A stretch of DNA of 64,000 bases from a virus. Lineage: Duplodnaviria; Heunggongvirae; Uroviricota; Caudoviricetes. Under the pieces are notes generated by a model. The model did not search any database and had not been told where the DNA came from. It saw nothing but the letters and a program-made list of their open reading frames with translations. Of the stretch, positions 1 to 8,206 are shown piece by piece. The stretch's first letter is position 1; every line of letters begins with the position of its first letter. The stretch is from positions 59,219-123,218 of IMG/VR virus record IMGVR_UViG_3300037851_000461; one strand, given 5' to 3'. Position numbers and translations under genes: made by a program.

Positions 1-183
1 GAATTTCAGGATGTGGTCGGATTCCTCTACGGAAACGTCACACAGGATACCTTCGTCAAGATAAAGAAACTCAAGGCTCTCTCTCAATCGAAGAATGAGG
101 CTGAAGCATTCTCCGCATATAGAAAGTGCGTCGAAATGTGCAAACAGCACGGGCTTGAATTCGACAAGATTCCAAGCGCATAA
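1..183 (+). CDS. 3' end of a CDS that starts before the window (hypothetical protein, ends ...DKIPSA*)
   Basis: Open frame 1 from base 1 to TAA at 181-183; partial. Confidence 0.35.
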   Translation, partial: EFQDVVGFLYGNVTQDTFVKIKKLKALSQSKNEAEAFSAYRKCVEMCKQHGLEFDKIPSA

Positions 184-185
184 AA

Positions 186-275
186 TGGCGGAAGGCAGAG
201 GTCTCGATCCCCAGCGGCTATTAACCGCCCACATGTTTTCGAAACATGGTCAGCACCCCGGCTGATTTACCTTCC
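186..275 (-). tRNA. tRNA-Ser(CGA), class II, CCA encoded
   Basis: Acceptor GGAAGGT/GCCTTCC pairs; anticodon loop TTCGAAA; long variable arm; T-arm GGTCTCGATCC on + strand. Confidence 0.65.
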
Positions 276-299
276 GTATGAGGAAACTGGTTCTTTTTG

Positions 300-668
300 T
301 TAGTCTCTGGCGCTCTTTTCCGTGGCAAGTTCCTTCGAACTGCCTATGAGCCTGTACAGCTCGATTGGATGATACCCTCTTTCCCATTCCTTTCCATTCG
401 TCATGTGGAAACGTTCTGCTTTCAAATGACATTTGGGGCATAGCGAAATCCCGTTTTCCTTGACGTATCCGCCATTGGGCATTTCGTTTCTGTCAGTTAT
501 GTGATGAGCATCCAAATTTTCCGTGTTCTTGCAACACCGGCATCTATAACCATCTCGCTTGAACACGGAGCATCTGAATTGCTCGCGTACGAGTTGTTTT
601 GTTTTCATAAATGGCGGAAGATAATAGAGTCGAACTATTGCGTTTTTAGGCGCACCATGACTTTCCAA
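300..668 (-). CDS. HNH homing endonuclease (first ATG at 608; ORF-track start is TTG)
   Basis: CxxC...DAHHITDRNEMPNGGY...CPKCH HNH/zinc motifs. Confidence 0.7.
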   Translation of the reverse strand: MESHGAPKNAIVRLYYLPPFMKTKQLVREQFRCSVFKRDGYRCRCCKNTENLDAHHITDRNEMPNGGYVKENGISLCPKCHLKAERFHMTNGKEWERGYHPIELYRLIGSSKELATEKSARD

Positions 669-756
669 GTCATTTACCGAAACCCCCGGCGGTACCTTCC
701 AAGCGAGACACTTCTTTTTGTGCTACCATTACACCACACCGGCATCCCTTGCCGGG

Positions 757-830
757 TCGGGATTCGAACCCGATCCTTTCATTTATACGATGAGTTAGAG
801 TTATTTGCTGTATGTGCCTCTTACGGGAAT
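757..830 (-). other. tRNA-like fragment: canonical T-arm (TCGGG-TTCGAAT-CCCGA) plus 3' acceptor, but no recognisable anticodon or D arms
   Basis: gtcgggattcgaacccga at 757-773; downstream sequence does not fold as a cloverleaf. Confidence 0.25.
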
Positions 831-832
831 TG

Positions 833-1090
833 TTATTCTTTCGCGTCAATGGAGGTTGTGGAACCATCCTTTGATTTGTAGGTTGCGATCATATCGACGC
901 CGGATTGCCCAGCGACGTAGACGCCTGTCAAAAATAGAATTGCTGAAATCATCGAGCCTACCAGTTCACCCGGCACTTTGAGCCAGATAGAAACGAAGTA
1001 AACGATGTTGAGGTTTGCCAGAGAAATCAGAAGTGCTCGGGCTTTCTTGCTTGATGTGAGTTGTGATGGCATACAAATAAGTATATCCAA
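833..1090 (-). CDS. small hydrophobic protein (85 aa), hypothetical
   Basis: ORF with two hydrophobic segments between tRNA elements. Confidence 0.3.
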   Translation of the reverse strand: MDILICMPSQLTSSKKARALLISLANLNIVYFVSIWLKVPGELVGSMISAILFLTGVYVAGQSGVDMIATYKSKDGSTTSIDAKE

Positions 1091-1180
1091 ACTCGCTTAA
1101 AATGGAGCCACCGTAGGGACTTGCACCCTCCTATCTTGTTTACGAAACAAGTACATCGCTATCTATGCGTCGGCGGCATA

Positions 1181-1256
1181 TGGTGGACCGAACCGGGGTC
1201 GAACCGGCAACCTCCACAATGCCATTGTGGCGATCTTCCAATTGATCTATCAGCCC
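1181..1256 (-). tRNA. tRNA-Ala(GGC) with G3:U70, CCA encoded
   Basis: GGGCTGA/TCGGTCC acceptor with G3:U70; D-arm GATCAATTGGAAGATC; anticodon loop ATGGCAT; T-loop TTCGACC. Confidence 0.65.
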
Positions 1257-1993
1257 ATATCCAACACTACAAGTGCTGGGAAAGTTTTCACGTTCAAATA
1301 CTTCAGTGCATCGATTCGATGCGATCCTTCGAGAATGTATGCCATTCCATCGGGATGACCATCGACAACCACAATGAGAGGATTGATTTCACCGCTCTCC
1401 TTGATTTGGTTTGCCAGATTGACCTCACCGGGTCGAAGGGAAAAAATGTCAATAGGAACTTCACGTACTCCCATTACCTCGTAGTTATCCAACGAGGATC
1501 GGATTGAGGAAGTGTTTGGAATCTCCTTGCGAACGATAAGCCCGCTTACGTCGTCGCCTTCCTTAACTCGTCTCCATGATTCAATCGTGGATTTGAGTTC
1601 GTCAGGTGATTTTGTAGATTCAACCAATTGGTCATGTTCCGACCAAATCACCTTATATTCTTCGCCACCATCGGCTACTACTTTGGAAAAACCCTGTTCA
1701 ATTGCCAAATCTTCAAGTTGCTTTTGCTGCTTTCGGTTTGGCATCATGACCTCGTTGTGAGCGTAGATGGTATCTCCATCACGGGCGATTCTCATCCATC
1801 CCTTTTTCCACATGGTCATAACACTATCGCGTTGTTGCGTAATGTTTCCGTGGAGGGATTGATCAAGTTCGCGTGCTGCCCACGAAGCGTGCGTGTCATG
1901 CCCACTAATAGAATGAAATTTTCCAGAAGGGTCTTGCCACGAGTAGGAATCGTCACGAGACAATTCCATCAAGATTTGTTTTAACTTGATCAT
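1250..1993 (-). CDS. ParB/sulfiredoxin-like nuclease-domain protein (C-terminal domain)
   Basis: C-terminal INPLIVVVDGHPDGMAYILEGSHRIDALKYL resembles the ParB N-terminal domain motif; ATG at 1993. Confidence 0.55.
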   Translation of the reverse strand: MIKLKQILMELSRDDSYSWQDPSGKFHSISGHDTHASWAARELDQSLHGNITQQRDSVMTMWKKGWMRIARDGDTIYAHNEVMMPNRKQQKQLEDLAIEQGFSKVVADGGEEYKVIWSEHDQLVESTKSPDELKSTIESWRRVKEGDDVSGLIVRKEIPNTSSIRSSLDNYEVMGVREVPIDIFSLRPGEVNLANQIKESGEINPLIVVVDGHPDGMAYILEGSHRIDALKYLNVKTFPALVVLDMG

Positions 1994-2091
1994 ACTCTAT
2001 AAATATTCGACTGGATGGGATTTCTACCCATAAACCGCAAGCGGAGTTTCCGGGTCAGCCGAACTCATCGCGCTCGTTTCGACCCCAGCAC

Positions 2092-2169
2092 TGGTCAGCG
2101 TGGCGGGATTCGAACCCGCGATCTTATGCTCCCCGAGCATACGTGTTGGCCAGACTACACTACACACTG
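2092..2169 (-). tRNA. tRNA, anticodon GGG (Pro?), unusual position 33
   Basis: CAGTGTG/CACGCTG acceptor (one G-U); T-arm GCGGG-TTCGAAT-CCCGC; CCA encoded. Confidence 0.5.
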
Positions 2170-2231
2170 AAATAGGCAGGGTTATGAGTTTTCCTTCCAA
2201 CTCAGGCTTAACCTGCGGAGCCTTGGTTAAC

Positions 2232-2315
2232 TGGTCCCCTCGGTGGGATTCGAACCCACCTTTTCAACATCCAAATACGATTAAACGCTTAGAAGGCGCA
2301 CTCGGTTACGAGGGG
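2232..2315 (-). tRNA. tRNA, 84 nt, anticodon possibly TCT (Arg); D-arm not resolved
   Basis: CCCCTCG/CGAGGGG acceptor exact; T-arm GTGGG-TTCGAAT-CCCAC; CCA encoded. Confidence 0.45.
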
Positions 2316-2496
2316 AAACTTTCCGATATGTGTCTTTCATCCTGTGAAGGAAGACCGGGATACGGCATCGGTGGCCAACGACAGACCATATTGACACAAT
2401 CCTACAAAGTAGCGAAGGAATCTACGGCTGCAAACCTTGCGACTCCGACGTTCGTTAATTATTCCTCTTGCAGTGGATATCGGAAATTTCTATAGA

Positions 2497-2817
2497 TTAC
2501 TTGACCTTGACGGGAAGCAATGCTTTGACTGCTACCGGAACTCCCTCCGATTTTGCAGGAGCAAACTTCCACTTCAAGATTACGGATTCAAAACCCGACA
2601 ATGCTGGTGGAATCTTTGCGTCCAATACACTTCCGTCTACTCCAATGAGCAATTCAACATAGTAGACGCCTTCTGATGGGAAGGTGTCAAACGTTGGCTC
2701 TACGATATGAACGGCTACAGGCTTCACATCAACGGTCGTTCCAAACGTTGCTGGAACTGATGCGAATAGAAGGCTTGCGCCGAGGATTACTGACTTGATG
2801 ACTGCTGATACTTTCAT
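2497..2817 (-). CDS. small secreted protein with signal peptide (106 aa)
   Basis: N-terminal MKVSAVIKSVILGASLLFASVPA signal-like segment. Confidence 0.35.
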   Translation of the reverse strand: MKVSAVIKSVILGASLLFASVPATFGTTVDVKPVAVHIVEPTFDTFPSEGVYYVELLIGVDGSVLDAKIPPALSGFESVILKWKFAPAKSEGVPVAVKALLPVKVK

Positions 2818-3070
2818 GTTTGTTTTCTCTGTTTAGGTTAATGTTCCAGTGAAGGAACACCCCTATACATCATGAACCGTGCCAACTATCACGTATATAT
2901 GGATTTTACACGTAAGTCGTTAGTAATCAACGTATTTTTTCTAAAGTGGAGCCATCACAGGGATTTGCGCCCTGCTTTCAACATTACCAATGTCGCGTGT
3001 CGCTACCTACACTTTGACGGCATTCATCCAACACAAACGTCGAGCAGACCATTCGCATCAGATGGGTTTT

Positions 3071-3144
3071 TGGTGGGCGATAGTGGAGTCGAACCACTCT
3101 CTCCTCAATGTCACTGAGATATTCTACCGATAAACTAATCACCC
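3071..3144 (-). tRNA. tRNA-Val(GAC)
   Basis: GGGTGAT/ATCGCCC acceptor (one G-U); anticodon loop GTGACAT; T-loop TTCGACT; CCA encoded. Confidence 0.55.
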
Positions 3145-3317
3145 AAAATCTTCAATCTCGGGAGGAGACTTTTTGTATCGAGTCGTTCTCCCGTTTATTC
3201 TTCCACACACCGGACACTTCTTGTCGTTCGAGACCATTGCACGATCACATGCGCACCAGCCTTTACCTCTCTTCGGTCTCTGCATCTTACGTCTATTGAT
3301 GTGTGGAGTTTTCATAA

Positions 3318-3402
3318 TGGTGGTCATAATAGGAGTCGAACCTACACCCCTTTCGGGATATGCACCTCAAGCATACGCGTCTGCCAATTTCGCCATACGA
3401 CC
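3318..3402 (-). tRNA. tRNA-Leu(GAG), class II
   Basis: GGTCGTA/TATGACC acceptor; D-stem GCG/CGC; anticodon loop TTGAGGT; long variable arm; CCA encoded. Confidence 0.65.
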
Positions 3403-3457
3403 ATTGAACGTCAAGTTCCTGTAAGCCTCATCGACGTTCGTTCCTTTCGGAGTGAAG

Positions 3458-3533
3458 TGGCTGAGACAGAGTGAATCGAACACCCATCATTCGGTTCAGA
3501 GCCGAAGGTAATAGACCGTTATACGATGTCTCA
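3458..3533 (-). tRNA. tRNA-Gln(CTG)
   Basis: TGAGACA/TGTCTCA acceptor; anticodon arm TTCGG-CTCTGAA-CCGAA; T-loop TTCGATT; CCA encoded. Confidence 0.6.
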
Positions 3534-3536
3534 ATA

Positions 3537-4034
3537 TTATCGTCTGGCTTTCTTGCCAGAAAAAGTTTCTGTCTGACTGTGGCAATTGGGGCAAATGAAC
3601 CGGAGGTTTGTAAGTCGGTTGTCATTTGGAATACCGTTGCGGTGGTCTAATTGAAGAGATAATGGTTTATTCAACCAAACTCCTTCATTCCCACATTCAC
3701 ACCGATATGGAATCAAATTCCATCGGCGGATAAGCATTTTTACTCGACAACGCACGGTCGTTGAATTTTCAATGAACACCGTTTTCATCGCGTAATCCAG
3801 TGTCACTCTTCGTCTAACGAAAACCCTTCCTCTATTGGAATCGTTTCCGTTTTTTATGTGAGACGAATCTATACCAAACAGAGCGATACGTCGCTTGACG
3901 GTGTTGATGTTTTTATATTCCTCTCCACACTTTCGGAGAATTTCCATGTATGTCTCCGACGTTCTAACATATTCCCTAAATACATCATCGGGAATGGTGT
4001 ACAATCTACTATAACACTTTCTTGGCATATCCAA
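3537..4034 (-). CDS. HNH homing endonuclease (ATG at 4028)
   Basis: C-terminal LDHRNGIPNDNRLTNLRFICPNCHSQ HNH motif. Confidence 0.75.
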   Translation of the reverse strand: MDMPRKCYSRLYTIPDDVFREYVRTSETYMEILRKCGEEYKNINTVKRRIALFGIDSSHIKNGNDSNRGRVFVRRRVTLDYAMKTVFIENSTTVRCRVKMLIRRWNLIPYRCECGNEGVWLNKPLSLQLDHRNGIPNDNRLTNLRFICPNCHSQTETFSGKKARR

Positions 4035-4237
4035 TAAGTATTACACGGAAGCACAAGTGTCAACGAAAATACATGCTTTCGTTATGAAAATTTCCGTAAT
4101 CAAGCTGCCCCACAGCAATCTACCTTTAGCGTTGGAGGATAGGTTAGACCTCCATCTACGCCGACTATTCTCGGGGAGCAACCCCCTACCTTGCGTCAAC
4201 ACGATCATACCGTGCCGGCCCTTTTGTCATTACGAAA

Positions 4238-4314
4238 TGGCTGTCTCGGTAGGAATCGAACCTACAATCTTTCGGGTCAGAACCGAACGCGATGAACCGT
4301 TACGCTACGAGACA
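4238..4314 (-). tRNA. tRNA-Gln(CTG), second copy with different sequence
   Basis: TGTCTCG/CGAGACA acceptor; anticodon arm TTCGG-TTCTGAC-CCGAA; canonical T-arm; CCA encoded. Confidence 0.55.
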
Positions 4315-4480
4315 ATGAAATTGGTGCTGTTCTCTCCGGCCGTCACCGTTCCGAGGACACGCGCTTCACTGCGACCTCGGTATCGTATTGCGGTTTACGT
4401 TAATTGGAGCCGTCAGCATGTTCAAAGTGCATTTCCTCCTGATAAGAAGGTGTCCTAGAATTAGACGATAACGGCATAAA

Positions 4481-4557
4481 TGGTCGGATCGGTGAGATTC
4501 GAACTCACACTAATCAAGCTTCGCGGGCTCGGTGACTATCCAGTTGCCGACGATCCG
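4481..4557 (-). tRNA. tRNA, anticodon uncertain (loop CCGCGAA)
   Basis: CGGATCG/CGATCCG acceptor exact; T-arm GTGAG-TTCGAAT-CTCAC; CCA encoded. Confidence 0.5.
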
Positions 4558-4561
4558 AAAT

Positions 4562-4636
4562 TGGCTGGCTAGGTAGGGCTCGAACCTACGGCCCGCGAGT
4601 TAACAGCTCGCCGCTCTGCCACTGAGCTACTAGCCA
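4562..4636 (-). tRNA. tRNA-Asn(GTT)
   Basis: TGGCTAG/CTAGCCA acceptor; D-arm GCTCAGTGGCAGAGC; anticodon loop CTGTTAA; T-loop TTCGAGC; CCA encoded. Confidence 0.75.
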
Positions 4637-4786
4637 ATAAATTGATGGAGTCCCTGTGATGCTATCACTAGCCTTGCCCGTTGTGGCTGGCGGACCCCGT
4701 AAATGGTGGTACCTCTCGGATGTGCGCCGAGTTCGTCATTCTTATGAGGAATGTCCATAACTACACATGGTCAGGTACCATAAAGA

Positions 4787-4880
4787 CCATGAACGCTGGA
4801 ATCGAACCAGACCCCTTGACATGTTTCAAGACTTACAATCCTATTCGCTGGAGAGGTTGGTTATGAGCCATCGTCACAGC
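4787..4880 (-). other. degenerate tRNA-like element with Tyr-type anticodon arm (TTGTAAG), acceptor stem mispaired, no CCA
   Basis: T-arm CTGG-TTCGATT-CCAG; Tyr-like anticodon hairpin plus extra hairpin; 5' acceptor has two mismatches. Confidence 0.3.
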
Positions 4881-4931
4881 GACTTCAGAAATTGCTATCG
4901 TCAGTGCGCTACCATTACGCTACATTCAAAT

Positions 4932-5017
4932 TGGGAGCCGAGGTGGGATTCAAACCCACGAAGCCTTGCGGCGAAACCTTATGAGAGTTCCTGTTTTGTT
5001 CACTTACCTACCCGGCC
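4932..5017 (-). tRNA. tRNA with anticodon loop CTCATAA (CAT) and 14-nt variable arm (GCCGCAAGGC hairpin)
   Basis: GGCCGGG/CTCGGCT acceptor (two G-U); T-loop TTTGAAT; CCA encoded. Confidence 0.45.
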
Positions 5018-5201
5018 ATAAAAATCGAAAGAGTGCTATAGCCGCTGTTTTGTCCGGAGCGTTCTCCTGAACCTACATTTCTCTCATCGTGATTAAACGA
5101 TGGTGAGTTGCTAACCTCACTGCCTCACACCCGCTCAACCTAAACGCCGAAACTACACACGACTTGATTGAGCCTATTTGGAGTTATTGCGGATTTGTGG
5201 T

Positions 5202-5290
5202 ATTAACGACCGGGCTTTGAACCCAATCTTCCAATCAACGAGTTTTGCAACAGCGAACTTCCTCTAATCACCGGCTTTACGGCGACCAGC
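5202..5290 (-). other. tRNA-like element (T-arm TTGGG-TTCAAAG-CCCGG); 5' half not resolved
   Basis: T-arm and 3' acceptor recognisable; no matching 5' acceptor found. Confidence 0.25.
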
Positions 5291-5322
5291 GTAGGTTCAC
5301 ACTCTTTCTGAAATTCTTGAAA

Positions 5323-5396
5323 TGGCTGGTCTACAGGGATTCGAACCCCGACTCTCTGGTTCAAAGCCAGATATGCTGCCGTTACATAATAGACCA
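5323..5396 (-). tRNA. tRNA-Gln(TTG)
   Basis: TGGTCTA/TAGACCA acceptor exact; anticodon arm TCTGG-CTTTGAA-CCAGA; canonical T-arm; CCA encoded. Confidence 0.75.
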
Positions 5397-5404
5397 ATGA
5401 AAAA

Positions 5405-5480
5405 TGGTGAAGCCGACAGGAGTCGAACCTGCAACCTGATCGTTAGGACCGACCTGCACTTCCGTTTGTGCTACGACTTC
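5405..5480 (-). tRNA. tRNA-Arg(CCT)
   Basis: GAAGTCG/CGGCTTC acceptor (one G-U); anticodon arm GGTCG-GTCCTAA-CGATC; T-loop TTCGACT; CCA encoded. Confidence 0.6.
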
Positions 5481-5484
5481 AAAT

Positions 5485-5560
5485 TGGTGGGATGCCGGGG
5501 ACTCGAACCCCGAACGTACTGATTAAGAGTCAGCTACTCTACCAATTGAGTTAGCATCCC
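5485..5560 (-). tRNA. tRNA-Lys(CTT)
   Basis: GGGATGC/GCATCCC acceptor exact; anticodon loop CTCTTAA; T-arm CGGGG-TTCGAGT-CCCCG; CCA encoded. Confidence 0.65.
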
Positions 5561-5568
5561 ATTGAAAT

Positions 5569-5643
5569 TGGTGCGGGATGAGGGAATCGAACCCTCCTCT
5601 GCGACTTGGCAAGCCACCATAATAGCCGATATACGAATCCCGC
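5569..5643 (-). tRNA. tRNA-Gly(GCC)
   Basis: GCGGGAT/ATCCCGC acceptor exact; anticodon loop TTGCCAA; T-arm GAGGG-TTCGATT-CCCTC; CCA encoded. Confidence 0.7.
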
Positions 5644-5910
5644 GTTTGTCGGTCTAATCTCCGACACAAAGAATTGAAGCCCTCATGTGGTCTCGATACA
5701 CCACACTACAATGCCACTCTGTTTCCTTGCAAGAAAGTTTCCAGCGAGGTTGGTCGTTACCCCAACACCTTGGCGTTTACGGCTTGAAGCATAATCGTTG
5801 CAACGATTGGTTCACCACCGAATACCCTGTCTCATTACCACGCACTTTGCGCGGATTCTCGCCGGTTTCAGTCCACCCCTTGTGCGCACGGCACGGGATG
5901 AATCTAAAAG

Positions 5911-5987
5911 TGGTGCCCCCTGCGGGACTCGAACCCGCAACCAATTGCTTAAAAGGCAACGGCTCTGACCGATTGAGCTAAAGAGGC
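5911..5987 (-). tRNA. tRNA-Lys(TTT)
   Basis: GCCTCTT/AGGGGGC acceptor (two G-U); D-arm GCTCAATCGGTCAGAGC; anticodon arm GTTGC-CTTTTAA-GCAAT; T-arm GCGGG-TTCGAGT-CCCGC; CCA encoded. Confidence 0.75.
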
Positions 5988-6105
5988 ATTGAAATGGAGG
6001 TTCTGACATATGTTAGCGCCTATGTCTGCGACGAATGGGACCCGATGAACCGTTGGAGCACGAACTCGGGTCAACGAATCGTGCATTTGTTATCTAACAA
6101 AAACT

Positions 6106-6200
6106 TGGATCGGTCGGGACTCGAACCCGATTCACCGCTTTGCGAGCGGTTCGTCAAAGCCGTTTCCGTTTGTACTTCACGGGCGTATCAGGAGACTACC
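6106..6200 (-). other. tRNA-like element (T-arm TCGGG-TTCGAGT-CCCGA plus acceptor 3' strand); 5' half not canonical, no CCA
   Basis: Good T-arm; internal hairpin ACCGC-TCGCAAA-GCGGT; no matching 5' acceptor. Confidence 0.3.
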
Positions 6201-6397
6201 TTGGTAGGAGCATCGAAACCAATATGCTGCTCGACCCAAAATGGTGGAAGCGACGGGAATTTCACCCTAGTCTCAACGTGGATCATCATACTCCGTGACT
6301 TTTAACGCGTGTATTCCTCATGTTTCCGATGTGTTGATCGACGACATATCTCCAGCCTATGTTCGCTGGTGTTCTGGTATTGAACTACGCTTCCAAA

Positions 6398-6473
6398 TGG
6401 CGGGATGTACCGGTGCTGCCCCGGCTGTCTCTACCTTGACAGGGTAGCGAGTCTGCTGTTCTTCTTACACCCC
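6398..6473 (-). tRNA. tRNA-Asp(GTC) with non-canonical T-loop (GGCAGCA) and weak D-arm
   Basis: GGGGTGT/ACATCCC acceptor (one G-U); anticodon arm CTACC-CTGTCAA-GGTAG; CCA encoded. Confidence 0.5.
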
Positions 6474-6476
6474 AAA

Positions 6477-6551
6477 ATGGTCAGCCCGGAGGGAGTTGCA
6501 CCCTCACTAATACGCCCCGAACGTATTGTGCTGCTGTTCAACACTACGGAC
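6477..6551 (-). tRNA. tRNA-Pro(CGG), T-loop TGCAACT
   Basis: CAGTCCG/CGGGCTG acceptor (one G-U); anticodon arm ATACG-TTCGGGG-CGTAT; CCA encoded. Confidence 0.6.
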
Positions 6552-6636
6552 TGATAACACGCCTTCAGGTCGCTAAGGTGTGGAAGACTTCTCCAACACT
6601 CTTCCCTCAACGAGCGTGATTTTTTTCTTAGCACTA

Positions 6637-6711
6637 ATGGTAGCGGGACACGGAGTTGAACGCGTGCTTGACGGCTTATGAGACCGTTGACCTCCCCGAA
6701 GTCGATCCCGC
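6637..6711 (-). tRNA. tRNA(CAT), Met or Ile2 type, class I; T-stem poorly paired
   Basis: AGCGGGA/TCCCGCT acceptor exact; anticodon arm ACGGT-CTCATAA-GCCGT; CCA encoded. Confidence 0.55.
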
Positions 6712-6716
6712 TATAA

Positions 6717-6799
6717 ATGGATGCAGACCCGAGAATCGAACTCGGCATAGCGTATGCAGAGGTTATGAGCCTCTTCAGCGTCCCTTGGCTTGTGCCTGC
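6717..6799 (-). tRNA. tRNA(CAT) with 12-nt variable loop
   Basis: TGCAGGC/GTCTGCA acceptor (one G-U); anticodon arm AGAGG-CTCATAA-CCTCT; T-arm CCGAG-TTCGATT-CTCGG; CCA encoded. Confidence 0.55.
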
Positions 6800-6940
6800 A
6801 ATAAAATTGTATCCATGTCTGAGCCGACTACCTACGGCAAGGATTGTGCCGTGCCAATCTGGTGCACACCAATGCCTTATCGTGGCACGTATGCATTACC
6901 TTGGCGTGACTCCTTTCTCAAGGGAGCGATGTATTCAAAA

Positions 6941-7017
6941 GTGGCGGGGGCCGTGGGATTCGAACCCACACTAAAACTCGTTCGAAGCGAGTGTGACTTT
7001 CCGGTTGCCGAGACCCC
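6941..7017 (-). tRNA. tRNA-Arg(TCG)
   Basis: GGGGGTC/GGCCCCC acceptor (one G-U); anticodon arm ACTCG-CTTCGAA-CGAGT; T-arm GTGGG-TTCGAAT-CCCAC; CCA encoded. Confidence 0.7.
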
Positions 7018-7127
7018 CATAGTCAAGTAAATCATGTGGCACCACAAATTATCATCTTCGTTCGGCCCACACGGGTAGCGTGGAGAATTTCCTCTCACCG
7101 AGGAACTCATTCTTGTGGATTTTCTTT

Positions 7128-7203
7128 CACGTTTGCCATTACTTGAAATGGTCCCGACCCCCGGTTACGCTCCGGGCTCTCATGCTCTTCAGGCACGCGC
7201 AAT
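7128..7203 (-). tRNA. tRNA-Phe(GAA) with non-canonical T-loop (AGCGTAA)
   Basis: CCCGATC/GGTCGGG acceptor (one G-U); anticodon arm CGTGC-CTGAAGA-GCATG; CCA encoded. Confidence 0.5.
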
Positions 7204-7342
7204 CACTAGGTCTGCCTGATCGGGATAAGTGCTTGTCGAATTTCGCTCCGCTGGGTAATTTCATCCCAGAAGGGAACCGAAGTTCTCCGGATGGAAACTG
7301 TCCATCTGCGTTTTCTTCCGCCACAGATTACTCTCCGACAAA

Positions 7343-7420
7343 TTGGTCGTGCTGGAGGGATTCGAACCCACACTTGATACGGTCTGAACGTATTGCCATC
7401 TCCCAATTGGGCTACAGCAC
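7343..7420 (-). tRNA. class-I tRNA with anticodon CAG (a Leu codon reader on a short-variable-loop scaffold), A73
   Basis: CGTGCTG/CAGCACG acceptor exact; D-arm GCCCAATTGGGAGATGGC; anticodon arm ATACG-TTCAGAC-CGTAT; canonical T-loop; CCA encoded. Confidence 0.6.
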
Positions 7421-7425
7421 GATAA

Positions 7426-7503
7426 TTGGTCGCGTCGGTGGGATTCGAACCCACACTTTGCATGTTTTGAGTATGCTGCCATCTCCCAATTGGGCTACGA
7501 CGC
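7426..7503 (-). tRNA. class-I tRNA with anticodon CAA (a Leu codon reader), paralog of 7343-7420
   Basis: CGCGTCG/CGACGCG acceptor exact; identical D-arm; anticodon loop CTCAAAA; T-arm GTGGG-TTCGAAT-CCCAC; CCA encoded. Confidence 0.6.
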
Positions 7504-7655
7504 GATATTGAGTCAAGACAAATGGTTGATTACTCCATCAAACAACTCGTACGGTATTACTACCGATTGAAGAATTTTTGCTACGTGACCGATCTCGGGT
7601 GTCTATCACGGACACTTGCTCGGGCTGAAGTAGAATTTAGTTTATCTCAACTCAA

Positions 7656-7739
7656 CTGGTGGGCGAGGAGGGACTCGAACCCTCAAGCCTTTCGGCATTG
7701 GCTTCTAAGACCAACGTGTATGCCATTCCACCACTCGCC
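7656..7739 (-). tRNA. tRNA-Leu(TAG), class II
   Basis: GGGCGAG/CTCGCCC acceptor exact; anticodon arm TTGGT-CTTAGAA-GCCAA; long variable arm; T-loop TTCGAGT; CCA encoded. Confidence 0.7.
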
Positions 7740-7744
7740 CATAA

Positions 7745-7820
7745 ATGGTCAGTCCCACGGGATTCGAACCCGCACCGAAGGCTTCCAAAGCCGACACGCT
7801 ACCAAGTTACGCCAAGGACT
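7745..7820 (-). tRNA. tRNA, probably Pro(TGG), weak anticodon stem
   Basis: CAGTCCT/GGGACTG acceptor; D-stem GCGT/GCGT; anticodon loop TTTGGAA; T-arm GCGGG-TTCGAAT-CCCGT; CCA encoded. Confidence 0.5.
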
Positions 7821-7828
7821 GATAAAAA

Positions 7829-7904
7829 ATGGTGGGAAACGAGGGATTCGAACCCCCAACCTTCTCGGTGTAAACGAGCTGCGCTAACCGTTGCGCCAGT
7901 CTCC
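7829..7904 (-). tRNA. tRNA-Val(TAC)
   Basis: GGGAGAC/GTTTCCC acceptor (one G-U); D-arm GCGCAACGGTTAGCGC; anticodon arm GCTCG-TTTACAC-CGAGA; canonical T-arm; CCA encoded. Confidence 0.7.
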
Positions 7905-7956
7905 CAAATCCCACACCTGTACAAGTGTGGGGGCCGGCTGAAAAACCGGGGATGTA

Positions 7957-8040
7957 ATGGTCGGCATGGAGGGATTCGAACCCACAGCGGATAGAACGTT
8001 TTAAGTGTCCCGGTTGTGCCATTTCCCTAATCCACACGCC
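7957..8040 (-). tRNA. tRNA, 84 nt, possibly Leu(TAA); D region atypical
   Basis: CGGCGTG/CATGCCG acceptor (one G-U); anticodon arm GGACA-CTTAAAA-CGTTC with one mismatch; T-loop TTCGAAT; CCA encoded. Confidence 0.4.
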
Positions 8041-8047
8041 GAAAATA

Positions 8048-8120
8048 AATCGTTGAGTGGGATTCGAGCCCACATCACCCGCTTGGAGGCGGAAGCATTC
8101 ACCAGTTATGCTGACCAACG
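8048..8120 (-). tRNA. tRNA-Trp(CCA)-like with 6-nt anticodon loop (CTCCAA); no CCA encoded
   Basis: TCGTTGG/TCAACGA acceptor; anticodon arm TCCGC-CTCCAA-GCGGG; T-arm GTGGG-CTCGAAT-CCCAC. Confidence 0.45.
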
Positions 8121-8206
8121 AAATTCTCATTGACAAGATTACCTGCGTTCCTGTTGGTGCTGCGTCTCTCAGCAGGTGAGTCGTCGGCAGCACACACAAT
8201 GAAATT

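Noticed and set aside
3139-3327. 62-aa ORF with a CxC...CxxC pattern between tRNA-Val and tRNA-Leu.
   Set aside because: It overlaps both flanking tRNAs at its ends and has no recognisable domain. It is possibly real but unsupported.
7905-7950. Two strong hairpins (CCCACAC...GTGTGGG and CCGG-CTGAAAAA-CCGG) between tRNAs, considered as terminators.
   Set aside because: No T-run on either strand; they are more likely processing or structural elements of the polycistronic tRNA transcript.
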